Program-made: the position numbers and the translations under genes
The notes under the pieces: model-generated
Databases searched by the model: none
The model's input: the letters and a program-made list of their open reading frames with translations, nothing else
What the model was told of the DNA's origin: nothing
Shown here: piece by piece, positions 11,682-24,204 of the stretch
Numbering within the stretch: the first letter of the stretch is position 1
Layout of the letters: each line of letters opens with the position of its first letter
Assembly: GCF_004010195.1 (NCBI RefSeq)
Contig: NC_057719.1
Location: 40,285,478 to 40,328,740 of the forward strand
Length of the DNA stretch: 43,263 nucleotides
Direction of reading: 5' to 3'
Source: Chiloscyllium plagiosum
Taxonomy: Eukaryota

Positions 11682-12739
11682 TAGACAAAAATGAGGACTG
11701 CAGATACTGGAGATCAGAGTCTAGATTAGAGTGGTGCTGGAAAAGCATAGCAGGTCAGGTAGCATCCAAGGAGCAGGAAAATTGACGTTTATGGCAAAAG
11801 CCCTTCATCAGGAATGAAGGCAAGGAACCTCCAGGGTGGAAAGATAAATGAGATGGGGGTGGGGCTGGGGAGAAGGTAGCCAAGAGTACAATAGGTGGAT
11901 GGAGGTGGGGATGAAGGTGATAGGTCAGAGAGGAGAGTGGAGCAGATGGATGGGAAAGAAGATTGGCAAGTAGGACAAGTAATGAGGATGGTGCTGAGCT
12001 GGAAGATTGGAATTGGGGTAAGGTGGGGGAGGGGAAATGAGGAAAGTGGTGAAGTCCACATTGATGCCCTGGGTTGAAGTGTTCCGAGGCGTTCTTCCTC
12101 CAGGTGTCCGGAGATGAGGGAGTGGCGGTGGAGGAGGCCCAGGACCTGCATATCTTCGGCAGAGTGGGAGGGGGAGTTAAAATGTTGGGCCATGGGGCAG
12201 TGAGGTTGATTGGTGTGGGTGTCCCGGAGATGTTCCCTAAAGCACTCTGCAAGAAGGCGTCCAGTCTCCCCAAAGTATAGGAGGCCGCATCAGGAGCAAG
12301 GATACAATAAATTACATTAGTGGATGTGTAGGTGAAACTTTGGTCCCTCCTTTGGATGGAGGTGAGGGGGGAGGGCACGTGTGAGTGCAGGTTTTGCAAT
12401 TCCTGCGGTGGAAGGTGCCAGGAGGGGTGGGTGGGTTGTTGGGGGGCGTGGACCTGACCAGGTAGTCACGGAGGGAACAGTCTTTGTGGAAAGCGGAATG
12501 TGGTGGGGAGGGAAATACATCCCTGGTGGTGGGGTCTGTTTGGAGGTGGCGGAAATGTCGGCGGATGATGTGTTTTATGCAAAGGTTGGTAGGGTGGAAG
12601 GTGAGCACCAGGGGTGTTCTGTCCTTTTTACTGTTGGAGGGATGGGGTATGAGGGTGGAGGTGCGGGACGTGAATGAGATGCATTGGAGGGCATCTTCAA
12701 CCATATGGGAAGGGAAATTGTGGTCTTTAAAGTGGGATT
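11682..12739 (-). mobile_element. Penelope-like element, 3' portion with GIY-YIG endonuclease remnant
   Basis: Minus-strand peptides RTPLVLTFHPT, FTYTSTNVIYCI and AQHFNSPSHSAEDMQVLGL. pLTR at 11682-11820. TSD CAGGATGAAG at 11672-11681 and 12740-12749. Confidence 0.88.
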
Positions 12740-13721
12740 CAGGATGAAGCTCATCTGCCTTACCGACAATACTCCTTGCATTGAAATAAACACACTTCAA
12801 CCCCTTAGTACCATGGTGTTCATTTACCTGTCTCTATCTGTCCTTTCTGATTTATTAATCCTATTATCTACGTTTCCCTCAATCCCTCCATTTGCTGACC
12901 TGCTGCTCGGTATCCCAGCCCCCCTGCCTCTCCAGTTTAAACAATCCTAAGTAGCACTAGTGAGCCTCCTTGTGAAGGAATTGGTTCCCCTTTAGCTTAG
13001 TTGCAACCTGTCCCTCTTGTACAGGTCACTCCTTGCCCCAGAAGAAGTCCTATTGATCCAAGAACCTGAAACCTTGCCCCCTGCACCAGCTCCTTAGCCA
13101 TACATTCATTTCTTGTATCTTTCTATTCCTTGCCTCACTAGCACGTGGCCCTGGTAGTAACCCAGAGACTACTAACCTCGAGGTCCTGCTTTTCAGCTAA
13201 TCTCCTAACTTCCTGCCCTCATACCCCAGGGCCTCATTCCACTTTCTGCCTATGTTGTTGCTACCACTGTGCACAACAACCTCTAGCTGCTCACCCACCT
13301 CCTTCAGAATTTCATGCAGCCACTCAGTGTCCAACGCAGTTTGTAATGAGCTGCAGTCGCTCACACGTCCTGAGGACGTAGTGATCAGGTATACTAGACT
13401 GCTTACTCACCTCTCACATCTGGTAGGAGGAGCACATCACTGCCCCAATTGCCATCTCTACCTCTTTAGATAAGGAAGATTAAAGAATCTTACCTTGCTC
13501 GCCTTACTCAATGAAGCCCAGTATTCACCTAAGCCCGCATTTATACTAACTTGCAGCACTAAGGGCACCAAGACATCCATGAGTACAAAAATGTGCTCAG
13601 TCCTGTTACTACCGTGGTTTAAGGACTGGAAAAATCCATTGCAAGAACCTCCAGAGATCTCTTGGCGATCAGTGACGCTTCTGGATCTTAATCTGAATAT
13701 TAAAGGGAATTAGGATTGGAA

Positions 13722-14780
13722 TTGTGAGGGGCAGGTCATGCCTCACAAGCCTTATTGAGTTCTTTGAGGATGTGACTAGAAAGGTTGTTGAAGGTTGAGC
13801 TGTGGATGTGGTGTATGTGGACTTCAGCAAGGCATTTGATAAGGTTCCCCGTGGTAGGCTCATTCAAAAGGTCAGGAGGAATGGGATACAGGGGAACTTA
13901 GCTGTCTGGATACAGAATTGGCTGGCCAACAGAAGACAGCGAGTGGTAGTAGAAGGAAAATATTCTGCCTGGAAGTCTGTGGTGAGTGGTATTCCACAGG
14001 GCTCTGTCCTTGGGCCTCTACTGTTTGTAATTTTTATTAATGACTTGGATGAGGGGATTGAAGAATGGGTCAGCAAGTTTGCAGACGACACAAAGGTTGG
14101 CGGTGTCATTGACAGTATAGAGGGCTGTTGTAGTGGACAGGGTTGTTAAGAAAGCATATGGTGTTTTGGCTTTCATTAACAGGGGGATTGAGTTTAAGAG
14201 TCGTGATATCTTGTTGCAGTTCTATAAAACTTTGGTTAGACCGCACTTGGAATGCTGCGTCCAGTTCTGGTCGCCTTATTATAGGAAAGATGTGGATGCT
14301 TTGGAGAGGGTTCAGAGGTGGTTTACCAGGATGCTGCCTGGACTGGAGGGCTTGTCTTATGAAGAGAGGTTGACTGAGCTCGGTCTTTTTTCATTGGAGA
14401 AAAGGAGGAGGAGAGGGGACCTAATTGAGGTATACAAGATAATGAGAGGCATAGATAGAGTCGATAGCCAGAGATTATTTCCCAGGGCAGAAATGACTAA
14501 CACGAGGGGTCATAGTTTTAAGCTGGTTGGAGGAAAGTATGAGGAAAGTATAGAGGGGATGTCAGAGGCGGGTTCTTTACACAGAGAGTTGTGAGAGCAT
14601 GGAATGCGTTGCCAGCAGCAGTTGTGGAAGCAAGGTCATTGGGGACATTTAAGAGAATACTGGACATGCATATGGTCACAGAAATCTGAGGGTGCATACA
14701 TGAGGCTCAGTGGTCAGCACAACATCGTGGGCTGAAGGGCCTGTTCTGTAGCTGTACTGTTCTATGTTCTATGTTCTATG
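13722..14780 (+). mobile_element. CR1 LINE RT and 3' end, relatively young, internal deletion near 14132
   Basis: [36 protein letters not shown] and LVRPHLE motifs in long open frames. (TTCTATG)3 tail at 14760-14780. Confidence 0.95.
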
Positions 14781-14789
14781 AATTCTATT

Positions 14790-15760
14790 TTTGACTTTGG
14801 ACATGGCATCAGCCACAGGCAGCTCCAACTTTGTAGGGGTATGTTCCCTCCCATGGGCAGTTTTCCAACTGACAGCATCAGATTTTTGGATTAATTTTTA
14901 CAGACCTGGAATCAAAACACACAAGTTCAGCACCCCACTGGGTCTCTGTTGCTCCCAGCTTGGCAGAAGTTTCAAAGCAGCCGATTAGATTGTTGTCAAT
15001 AAATCATTCAAAATCTGCACCACTTAGATTGTCTCTAAACCTCTGGGAAATAACTCATCTCAAAGCTGGCAGTTTGAGTGTCATATTGGAGTAATTCTCC
15101 ATGTTCCTTTCATTCAGCTTGAGACTCCAACTGGCCTAAGCCGTAACCACTCTTTTCTGACCTTCTGTGATACCATCACTCCGAGGTCAAGGAAATTCTT
15201 TGAAAGGAAGATGGAAACCTTGGTAGCCAAGGACAGATGATGAGACAAGTTTCTATTTGAAGGTATAAAATGAGACTTCACAAGGAGTTGGATGCCAAAT
15301 TGTGATGTCCCAGGAAGTCATTCCTTGTATATCCTTTCCCAACCATTCTTGCAGCATTCTGATTTCCTCAGTAAATAATGGAATGTGGCATCCAACTGTG
15401 CATAGCCTTTCACAAACCATCTGCAGTAGCCAGCTAGTCAAAGGAACCCACACAGTTCCCTCACATCTTAAACCAGGACCATTCCTTTACTGCTTTGATT
15501 TTCCTATCATTAAGAATAGTGTCTTCCTTGGTAATGAGATTACTCAGATACAATACTTTGGTCCAGAAAAGTTGGCACTTCTTTGGTTTCACTTTCAAAT
15601 TAAACTGCAACAAGTGGGATAAGACAATGTCTCATCTTATGTCATCCAGATATACTAAGAAAGATTGGAAATTAATGTTTACTAAATCTTTATCCACCAA
15701 ATGTGGGCAGGTGGCAGTGGCGTTATAGAGCGCAAAGGGCATTCTTATGTATTTGTAACG
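14790..15760 (-). mobile_element. Decayed Gypsy LTR-retrotransposon pol (RT and RNase H)
   Basis: Minus strand reads RMPFALYNATAT, LVYLDDI (YLDD at 15641-15652), LKVKPKKCQLF, and the RNase H-like RFRDNL..IDNN..SAKLGATETQW. The element may extend to about 16200. Confidence 0.8.
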
Positions 15761-16214
15761 TTTCCTGATGCCTGTTCAGAATGCCATCTAGTGTTGAAGG
15801 TGGATCCCAGAGTTACACCAAGTGGGAGCTCTGACACGTATGGAACATAGTGTTCCACCAAGGTCTGATATTGACAATTTGGAGATAAATGGCATGTGCA
15901 TTTAAGAACAGTGATTGTGCAGGTAGAGAAAACAACAGCAGAATTCCTTGCTACTTGAACAGTTCCAGAGTCCCGCAGAGTTTGGTGCACCTTGACTGCA
16001 TGAACCAAGTTGAAGGATTTCATCTGCAAAGCTCATAATATGCTGCTCACAGCTCACCATACATATTTTCCAAGAATGCCCAGTTATCTCTTGGTTTGTT
16101 TGGCCCCACCACCATGGGTATTCTCAACTTCCTTCTCTGCACTGGAGTATCAATCAAGGCATGACCTATCAGAAACCCCAGGCAATGAAAAGTGTGATTG
16201 AGGACAGATAGGGA

Positions 16215-17189
16215 AGAGCTAAAAATGTGTTGCTGGAAAAGCGCAGCAGGTCAGGCAGCATCCAAGGAGAAGGAGAATCGACGTTTCGTGCATAAGCCCT
16301 TCTTCAGGAATGAGGAGGGTGTGCCAAGCAGGCTAAGATAAAAGGTAGGGAGGAGGGCCTTGGGGGAGGGGCGTTGGGAATGCGATAGGTGGAAGGAGGT
16401 TAAGGTGAGGGTGACAGGCCGGAGTGGGGGTGGGGGCGGAGAGGTCGGGAAGAAGATTGCAGGTCAAGAAGGCGGTGCTGAGTCCGAGGGTNNNNNNNNN
16501 NNNNNNNNNNNNNNNNNNNNNNNNNNNNNNNNNNNNNNNNNNNNNNNNNNNNNNNNNNNNNNNNNNNNNNNNNNNNNNNNNNNNNNNNNNNNNNNNNNNN
16601 NNNNNNNNNNNNNNNNNNNNNNNNNNNNNNNNNNNNNNNNNNNNNNNNNNNNNNNNNNNNNNNNNNNNNNNNNNNNNNNNNNNNNNNNNNNGCAAGTTTT
16701 GCATTTCTTGCGGTTGCAGGGGAAGGTGCCAGGAGTGGAGGTTGGGTTGGTGGGGGGTGTGGACCTGACGAGGGAGTCACAGATGGAGTGGTCTTTCCGG
16801 AATGCTGATAGGGGAGGGGAGGGAAATATATCCTTGGTGGTGGGGTCTGTTTGGAGGTGGCAGAAATGACGAAAGATGATACAATGTATCTGGAGGTTGG
16901 TGGGGTGGTAGGTGAGGACCAGTGGAGTTCTGTCCAGGATATATTTCCTGATGAAGGGCTTTTGCCCAAAACGTCGATTTTACTGCTCCTCGGATGCTGT
17001 CTGAACTGCTGTGCTTTTCCAGCACCACTAATCCCGAAAGCTCAAACAATCCAAGGTGGAAGTGAGCACTGCAGATGCTGGAGATTAGAGTCAAGATTAG
17101 AGTGGTGCTGGAAAAGCACAGCAGGTCAGGCAGCATCCAAGGAGCAGGAAAATCAACGTTTTGAGCAAACGCCCTTCATCTAATCTTGA
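16215..17189 (-). mobile_element. Penelope-like element fragments spanning an assembly gap
   Basis: pLTR at 16215-16320. 16692-16925 is homologous to 12385-12610. Additional inverted pLTR pieces at 16945-17189. Confidence 0.85.
16492..16691. other. Assembly gap (200 N)
   Basis: Run of N bases. Confidence 1.
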
Positions 17190-17925
17190 CTCAACAATCC
17201 AACCCTAGTAACATCCTTGTAAATCTTTTCTGAACCCTTTCAAGTTTCACAACATCCTCCCTATAGTAGGGAGACCAGAACTGCATGCAGTATTCTAAAA
17301 GTGGCCTAACCAATATTCTGTTTAGCTGCAACATGTCATCCCAACTCCTATACGCAATGCATTGACCAATAAAGGCAAGCATACTAAGTCCCTTCTTCAC
17401 TATTCTATCAACCTGCAATTCCACTTTCAAGAAACAATAAACCTGCACTCTGAGGTCTCTTTTATTCAGCAACACTGCCCAGGACCTTACCATTAAGTAT
17501 GTAAGTCCTGCCCTGATTTGCCTTTTCAAAATGCAGCACCTCACATTTCTCTAAATTAAACTCCATCTGCCACTCCTCGGCCCATTGACCCAAGATCCTG
17601 TTGTAATCTGAGGTAACCTTCTTTGTTGTCCACTACACCTCCAATTTTGGTGTCATCTGCAAACTTGCTAACTGTACCTCCTGTGTTCACATCCAAATCA
17701 TGTCGATAAATGAGGAACAGCAGTGGACTCAGCACAGATCCCGGTGGCACACCACTGGTCACTGGCCTCCAGTCTGAAAAACAACCCTCCACCACCACCC
17801 TCTGTCTTCTACCTTTGAGCCAGTTCTGTATCCAAATGGCTAGTTGTCCCTTTATTCCATGTGACCTAACACTGCTAACCAGTCAACCATGAGAAATCTT
17901 GTCAACTGCCTTACTAAAGTCCATA
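17190..17925 (-). mobile_element. CR1 LINE RT fragment
   Basis: [24 protein letters not shown] and LVRPLLEYCMQFWSP motifs. Confidence 0.92.
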
Positions 17926-18124
17926 TTCCAGCCCCATTAGTTAAAATGGTGCGGCTCCGTGCGATTTTGTTAAAACATGAGATCACACCAGAACAGAACT
18001 ATTGTATTAAATCAGAACTGACTCTACACAATTAATAAATTTCTCTCCATCCAAGCTTTTAACACTATAGCAGTCCCAGTCTATGTTTGGAACATTAAAA
18101 TCCCTTACCATTATCACCCTACTA

Positions 18125-18990
18125 ATATAGAGATATCCAGCATGGAAACAGACCCTTCATTTAACTCGTCCATGCTGACCAGATATCCTAAATAAATCCA
18201 GTCCTATTTGCCAGCATTTGGCCCAAATCCCTCTAAACCTTTTCTATTCATAAACCTATCCAGATGCCTTTCAAATGTTGTAATTATAGCAGCCTCCACC
18301 ATTTCCTGTGGTAGCTCATTCTGTACACACACCACTCTGCGGGAAAAAGCTGCCCTTTAGGCCACTTTTAAATTTTCCCTCTCTCACCCTAAACCTATGC
18401 CCTCTAGTTTTGAACTCTCCCAACCTGAGGCAAAAACCTTGTCTATTCACCTATCCATGATCCCCATGATTTTATAAACCTCAAAAGGTCACTCCTCTGC
18501 CTCTGATGCTCCAGGGAAAATAGTGCAGCCTTTTCAGCTTTTCCCTACAGCTCAAACCCTCCAAACCCGTCAAAATCCTTGGAAATCTTTTCTGAGCCCT
18601 CTTCAGCTTAATAATATCCTTCCTATAATAAGGACACCAGAACTGGACACAGTACCCCAGAAGAAGCCTCACCAATGTCCTGTATAATCTCTATATGTCA
18701 TCCCACTTCCTATATTCAAAGGTCTGAGCAATGAAAGCAAGTGTGCTAAATGCCTTCTTAATCACCTTGTGACGCAAACTTTAAACAATTCTGTACCTGA
18801 ACTCCTAGGTCTCTGTTCTACAGTACACCCCAAGGCCAAACTTTTAATTGCATAAGTCTTGCCCTTGTTTGTTTTAGCAAAATGCAATACCTCACAGTTA
18901 TCAAAATTAAACTCCTGTCTGTCATTCCTCAGCCCATTGACCCAATTAATCAAGATCTCTTTGTAATCTCAGATAACCTTGTTCAATGTC
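18125..18990 (-). mobile_element. CR1 LINE 3' portion
   Basis: CEVLHF and VRLLLGYCVQFW motifs. 3'UTR as at 4560-4700. Confidence 0.9.
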
Positions 18991-19103
18991 CACAGTGGCT
19001 CAGTGGTTAGCACTGCTGCTTCACAGTGCCAGGAGAACGGTTTCAGTTCCAACCTTGTGCATCTGCCTATGTGGAGTTTGCACATTCGTCCTGTATCTGA
19101 ATG
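18991..19103 (+). mobile_element. HE1-type SINE 5' fragment
   Basis: CACAGTGGCTCAGTGGTTAGCACTGCTGC head and TGTGGAGTTTGCACATTC core, matching the reverse complement of 5700-5800. Confidence 0.75.
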
Positions 19104-20530
19104 TTCTTTCAGATAACTGAGATCTCCTTACAAATTTGTTTCTCAATCTCCCACGATTAGGGAGTCTATAATACAATCCCAATAAAGTCATCATCCCTTT
19201 CTTATTTCTCAGTTCCACCCAAATAACTTCCCTGGACCTATTCCCAGGAATATCCTCCCAAACTACAGCAATAATGTTATCCCTAATCAAAAATGCCATT
19301 CCCCTTCCTCTCTTGCCCCCCTTTTTATCCTTCCTATACCATCCATACCCTGGAATATTAAACTGCCGGTCCTTTCCATCCCTGAGCCACGTCTCCATAA
19401 TTGTTATGATATCCCAGTCCCATATTCTCAATCATGCCTTCAGTTCATCTGCCTTAACTGATAGGCCTCTTGCACTGAAATAAATGCAGTTTCATTTATC
19501 ACTCCTGTCCTGCCTACCTTGACTGTTTGACTTGCCCCTTTCCCAAAAATGTACCAGTCTCAGACCTCTTTCCTCACTATCTCCCTTGATCTCAAATCCT
19601 TCCAAACAGCTCTAAAAAATCTCCCTACTAGTAAATTAGTCCCTTTCCAATTCAGGTGCAATCCGTTCTTGTTATGTAGGTCACTGCTACCCCAGAAACA
19701 ATTCTAATGATCAAAAAAGTGTGAATCCTTCGCCTCTGTACCAGCTCCTCAGCCACACATTTCGCTGTTCTATCCTCCAATTTCTAAACTCACTCGCTCG
19801 TGGCACTGAGAGTAATCCAGATATTACTACCTTGAGAATCTCCTTTTTGAATTCCTGTCTAACTTACTATATTTTCTCCTCAGAATCTCATCCTTTTCTC
19901 TTTCTATGTCATTAGTTCCAATGTATAGAACAATCTCCTGCTTGTCCCCCTCCCCTTTGAGAATGTTCTGCATGCTGTCCAAGATATTCTTGATCCTGTC
20001 ACCAGGGAGGCAACACACCATTCTGATGTCTCGCTGTCGGCTGCAGAAACATCTGTCTGTGCCTCTGACTAGAGAGACCTCTATCACCATCGATTGCTTG
20101 GAATTATTGGAATCCTCATTGTATTAGAGCTAGTCTCAGTACCAGAAGCATGGCTATCAGTGCTCCATTCCACTGAGAATCCATCGACCCCTACATTTTC
20201 CAAAACAGCATACTTGTTTGAAATGGGGATAGCCAAAGGAGACTCCTGCGCAACCTGCCTCTCTCTCCAACCTTTCCTAGAAGTAACTCACCTACCTGGC
20301 TGTACCTTTGGTTATCTCCTTTCCTGCATCACACCCCCAGCTCCTGTAAATTCCTCATTGCCTCTAACTGCCACTCCAACTGATCCATGTGATCCAATTC
20401 ACAACCACCACTTTCTGCAGACATAATCATTAGTAACATGTAAGCTCTCTCTATTCTCCCATATCCAACAGGAAGAGCACATCACTCTACTAAAGGCCAT
20501 CTTTGCATCTTAACAATCTACAGACCCAGG
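19104..20530 (-). mobile_element. CR1 LINE 5' portion (ORF1 SGNH esterase and endonuclease)
   Basis: MVCCLPG, LYIGTND (esterase GxND), WDIITIMETWL and LGLYYRLP motifs. Confidence 0.85.
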
Positions 20531-21009
20531 AAATTTTAATCAAGAGACAGATCTCAATAAAACATATAATTAAAAAGAACCCACTCCACTCACTATTGTA
20601 AGTTTACAAAAAACATCAGTAAGGTAATACCATAAAAAGCCACTTAGTTGCTCCCCTGCTGTAAGCTCCCTGACACAGGTTTCTTGAAAGTCAGCTGTGA
20701 ATTTTGCTATTTGCTCATTTTTCTTCAAACAAACTTTGATGTCCAGAGATACTTGAAATCAAACAGCAGAACAGTCAGCTGTGCAGATTCACTGCTGAGT
20801 CAGACAGCAGTGCATGTTTAATTCTCCATTTGATTCACGCACCGTGTGGTCACTGCATTTTTCTGTCTTCCTCCTTTTTAAAGTGTTGTTGTTTTGATCT
20901 TTTTTTATTCCCAAAGTTCTGAAACAATGCATCAGCTTACAAAGCAGCAATTACTTCTCCTAGAATTTAAGGAAATCAGCTCCAACACTGAAAATATCTC
21001 AAAAAAAAG

Positions 21010-21365
21010 AGTGGCTCTCAGATTTGATCGGGTAGATGTAAAAATGTTTCTTTTTCCTTTGAGGGAGAATCTAGGACAAAAGGATATAATTACAGAATGA
21101 ACATTGTGTGTTTAAGACAGAGATGAGGAGGAATTTCTTCTCTGAGGGTAGTGAATCTGTGGAATTCTTTACCACAGAGGGCTGTTGAACCTAGGTTGTT
21201 AAAGGCTGACATACAGATGGTTAATCAGTAAGGGAATCAATTATTATGGGAAAATGCAGGAAAATGGAGTCGAGGATTATCAGATCAGTCATGATCTCAT
21301 TGAGTAGTAGAGCAGACTCAATGGGCTAAATGGCTACTTCTGCTCTATAGCTTAAAGCTTTATGG
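21010..21365 (+). mobile_element. CR1 LINE 3' end, different subfamily
   Basis: GAGATGAGGAGGAATTTCTTCTCT...TGGAATTCTTTACCACAG encodes the RNFFS..WNSLP C-terminal motif, followed by a 3'UTR. Confidence 0.7.
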
Positions 21366-21939
21366 TCAAAGGTTGATGTTTGAGGAGAGGCAGGTTAATG
21401 GTGATTTTGAAGAAGAGGCCAGTATCTGAAGAGATAAAACAGTTAACAATAGCACCCGATGCTGCAGTGTTTCACTGCAATAATTTGCCATTACAGTAAG
21501 CAAAATATTAATCTTCAATTGATATGTAATGAATGAGAAAGAACATGTACATTATAAATACTCCTTGAGTTTATGATTTATGACAATTCCATATCTAATT
21601 ACTTTTGTTGACTTGAGTTAGAAAGATTGCGGATAGCCAAAAGATGCCAATGAAAGGACATTGAAGTTTTTTTACAAACAACGTTTTTCTTGATACTCAC
21701 ATGCCTTATCATCTCTGCTGTCTATTAATGACCTGCTGCATGGGTTTACAACTATGAGGTTCCAGCTCTGCTTTGGAGATTCTAATTGCCATTTGAGGAA
21801 GGAAAAAAGCTTCCCATCTCAGCTCTGCTGTTTCTGAAAAGTTGTGGATCCAATGTTAGAGTTGAGCCTATGTCCAGTCTGGACCTTCACTATTCTGCTG
21901 AAGAAAATTCAAAAGAATTACGTCCTACAAAAGATGCTC

Positions 21940-22030
21940 TAGCAATGATGCTAGAAACATCTTCCTATGCTGATGATGCACATCTACACATGTCAGAACA
22001 CAAAACTGGCAGAGGTCTGAACATTCAATA
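21940..22030 (+). mobile_element. Possible ancient RTE-like RT remnant
   Basis: YADDA...GLNI only; weak support. Confidence 0.3.
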
Positions 22031-22401
22031 CTTTATCCTTTCTTTCCCCAATGTAAATCTTGACAGAATTTTTTTTTGCCTTCTGCCCTGTGCTTTTGTG
22101 AGTTTTTGGTTATTTAGATAGGTAGTTCAATTCCCTTTGTAACAAGAAATTATTGATTTAAAATTACCTTTTAAATAAGAGATTATTCTTTTATCCACTC
22201 AGTTTTTATGATGAAGCGTTAATGTACTTATGTAAAGCTGAACAAATTATGAGTTGACTCATGATGACATTAGCAAATACGCAAGATATTTACCAACTGA
22301 TTGATGCCCTTTAAACAAAATGAGTCCTACATAACTTTCTACATTTGCTATTTCTGCCTCTGTGAGAAAAGTACACAACGTTGTTTTGTTTTTGCACATA
22401 G

Positions 22402-22501
22402 CCTGGCTGCATATGGTGACATGGAAGGATTGAAGGCTTGGCACCTTGCAGGGCTCGACATGGATCAGTGTAGCTACGATGGACAAACTCCACTGAAAGT
22501 T
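22402..22501 (+). CDS. ASPG: Internal coding exon (100 nt, phase 2-0) of ASPG-like gene
   Basis: T-rich tract plus AG at 22400-22401 and GTAAG at 22502. Joins the previous exon as AG|C (Ser) and encodes LAAYGDMEGLKAWHLAGLDMDQCSYDGQTPLKV, an ankyrin repeat (YDG.TPL). Confidence 0.9.
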
Positions 22502-22614
22502 GTAAGAAAATGCAATTGTATGGTATTTGAGAGAAACCCAGGAAAGTTCAAAAAAACTCTCCAGGTGGCATTCCTTCCAAATGATGTACATGTGCCACTT
22601 TGCTAAAAGGAGAG

Positions 22615-22827
22615 AAATGTTCTTCTTGCCCTATCAGGGCAAATACAAAAATGCCAAATTTCAAATAACCACAATAATTTATACCACAGAATAAATGAGT
22701 GCTGATTGGTTTACTTGCTAAATAATCAGCACCCTTTTCTTTCCCCTGTAGCCTAAATTATTGCTTTGTAGTTTGAAATTTAGTATTCTTGTGTTTGTCC
22801 TAATGAGTGCAAGATGAAAAAACATTT
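22615..22827. repeat. Imperfect inverted repeat (arms of about 95-100 bp) with a degenerate hammerhead-like core
   Basis: 22615-22707 pairs with 22724-22827 (GTGCTGATT/AATCAGCAC, AAATTTCAAA/TTTGAAATTT, AAATGTT/AACATTT). CTAATGAGTGCAAGATGAAA at 22800-22819. Confidence 0.7.
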
Positions 22828-22828
22828 G

Positions 22829-22930
22829 GTTCTGAGGAAGTGTCAGTGGATCCAAAATGTTAATTCTGACTTCTCTCCACAGATGCTGCCAGACATAGTC
22901 AGCTTTTTCAGCAATTTCTGTTTTTGTATT
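22829..22930 (+). mobile_element. Penelope-type terminal fragment of an older family
   Basis: CTGAGGA...AAAATGTTA followed by CAGATGCTGCCAGAC; homologous to 24787-24880. Confidence 0.6.
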
Positions 22931-23114
22931 TGGCTGCCTGTCTCATTTTTCAGCAATGTTCAATGTCTGTACTACCAAACAGCTACTTTGATAGTCTTAG
23001 CTCAATCACTCCTTTCTAGTACTTAAAGATAACTTTTTGCACCTCAGTGATATGAATCACATTTTTCACTTGGGTAAAGCTAAGTTGTATCAATGTATCT
23101 GACTTTGCTTTTAG

Positions 23115-23180
23115 GCTTTGGCTGCTGGTAATCAGGAAGTTGTTGAATTTCTTCAGTCAACACTCAAACAAAACATGAAG
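23115..23180 (+). CDS. ASPG: Coding exon (66 nt, phase 0) of ASPG-like gene
   Basis: TTTGCTTTTAG acceptor and GTAAG at 23181. Encodes ALAAGNQEVVEFLQSTLKQNMK, completing the ankyrin repeat (A..GN..VV.FL). Confidence 0.88.
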
Positions 23181-23779
23181 GTAAGAGTTGCATAAATTCA
23201 ATGGCTATTGACCACAACAATTCCATTATGACTTAGAACTCTGAATTAAAAGATTCATTAACTGTAGTTTTTGCTTCAGGCTTTGTGACAATAAAGGTAT
23301 AAACTTTTACTCTATGTTATGCTGTGTATATACATACACCTGATATGTTTGTAGCATGTATCTTTAAATGATGCAGAGTAGCATTTACTTATATCAATGT
23401 ATCTTATAGTAGATAGTTGTAGGTCAATGAAGTCAATTAGTTAAAAAAGAATAAGCTGTAGTTTTCCATCATATCAACTCACAGAGCTCTTAAACAGGGC
23501 ATATCACAAGCAGGATTTAAAAAGTTCAAAATAAGTATTAACACATCAATCCTCGTATTTAATTTAACTCTCATTAATTAGCAAGAAAAATACAAAGTAA
23601 AATTTCCCAGGATTCTAACATTCACCTGGAAGTATCTTGTCACTTAACATATACAATAGAAATCTGGGGAAAATCTATTTTCCGCTTCATATGAAAACAA
23701 AGTACTGCATACTAACATTTTGTGACTCATACCAGAACATATGATTCCCTCTGCACATTTAATCTCACATTATGTAAAA

Positions 23780-24204
23780 CACTGTGTTTCCATTCTTCCT
23801 GCCAAAGTGAACAACATCGCATTTCCCACATTTTATGCCGTCTGCCAGATTTTTGCCCACTAACGCTACCTTCCTGTATCCACTTGCAACTTCCTCATGC
23901 CTTCAACAGAACACATCCAAAACATTGTTGTAAATTTTAACAGATACCTGTGGGACTCATCTTATCACATTCTGCCAAACAGATTTTTAACCAACAATCA
24001 TTTACACATACTGTTTCCTGCCAGCCAGCCAATCTTCTCTCCATGCTCGTATGATACTCCCTACACCATGAGCTTTTATTTTCTGAAATATCCATTGATG
24101 TGGCATCTGAGCAAATGCTTTCTGGAAATTCCTTTATTCTGTGCCTATAGGCTCCCCTTTATCCACAGCGCATGTTAGTGCTTCAAAGAACTCCAGTACA
24201 TTAG
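23780..24204 (-). mobile_element. Old CR1 RT relic, resumes at about 27472-27720 after the nested LINE
   Basis: Degraded reverse complement of the GISRKHLLRCH and FFE regions. The continuation carries the HGF..GKSCLT-like segment at 27472-27510. Confidence 0.55.

Larger units (their letters stand above)
9803..13450 (-). mobile_element. Long CR1 LINE relic (ORF1 esterase, endonuclease start, RT, 3' tail), internally deleted, with nested Penelope inserts
   Basis: (GAACATA)n-type tail at 9805-9822. WQMEFN and [10 protein letters not shown] motifs. Endonuclease start CVYFNARSIVGKADEL (about 12750-12800) continues as WDFDVVALTET (about 11630-11665). ORF1-like sequence at 12950-13450. Confidence 0.85.

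Noticed and set aside
11755..12800. Long overlapping ORFs (up to 214 aa) as novel genes
   Set aside because: Frameshifted Penelope ORF and pLTR sequence with TSD.
14530..14551. GAGGAAAGTAT tandem duplication in CR1
   Set aside because: A simple slippage that frameshifts a dead LINE.
5936..17180. Selection against sense-strand active hammerheads in the intron (all three + copies carry core or stem III changes)
   Set aside because: Several antisense copies are also mutated, many changes are CpG decay, and the sample is too small.
22301..22606. 101-aa ORF as a standalone gene
   Set aside because: Only 22402-22501 is protein-like; the rest is intron read-through.
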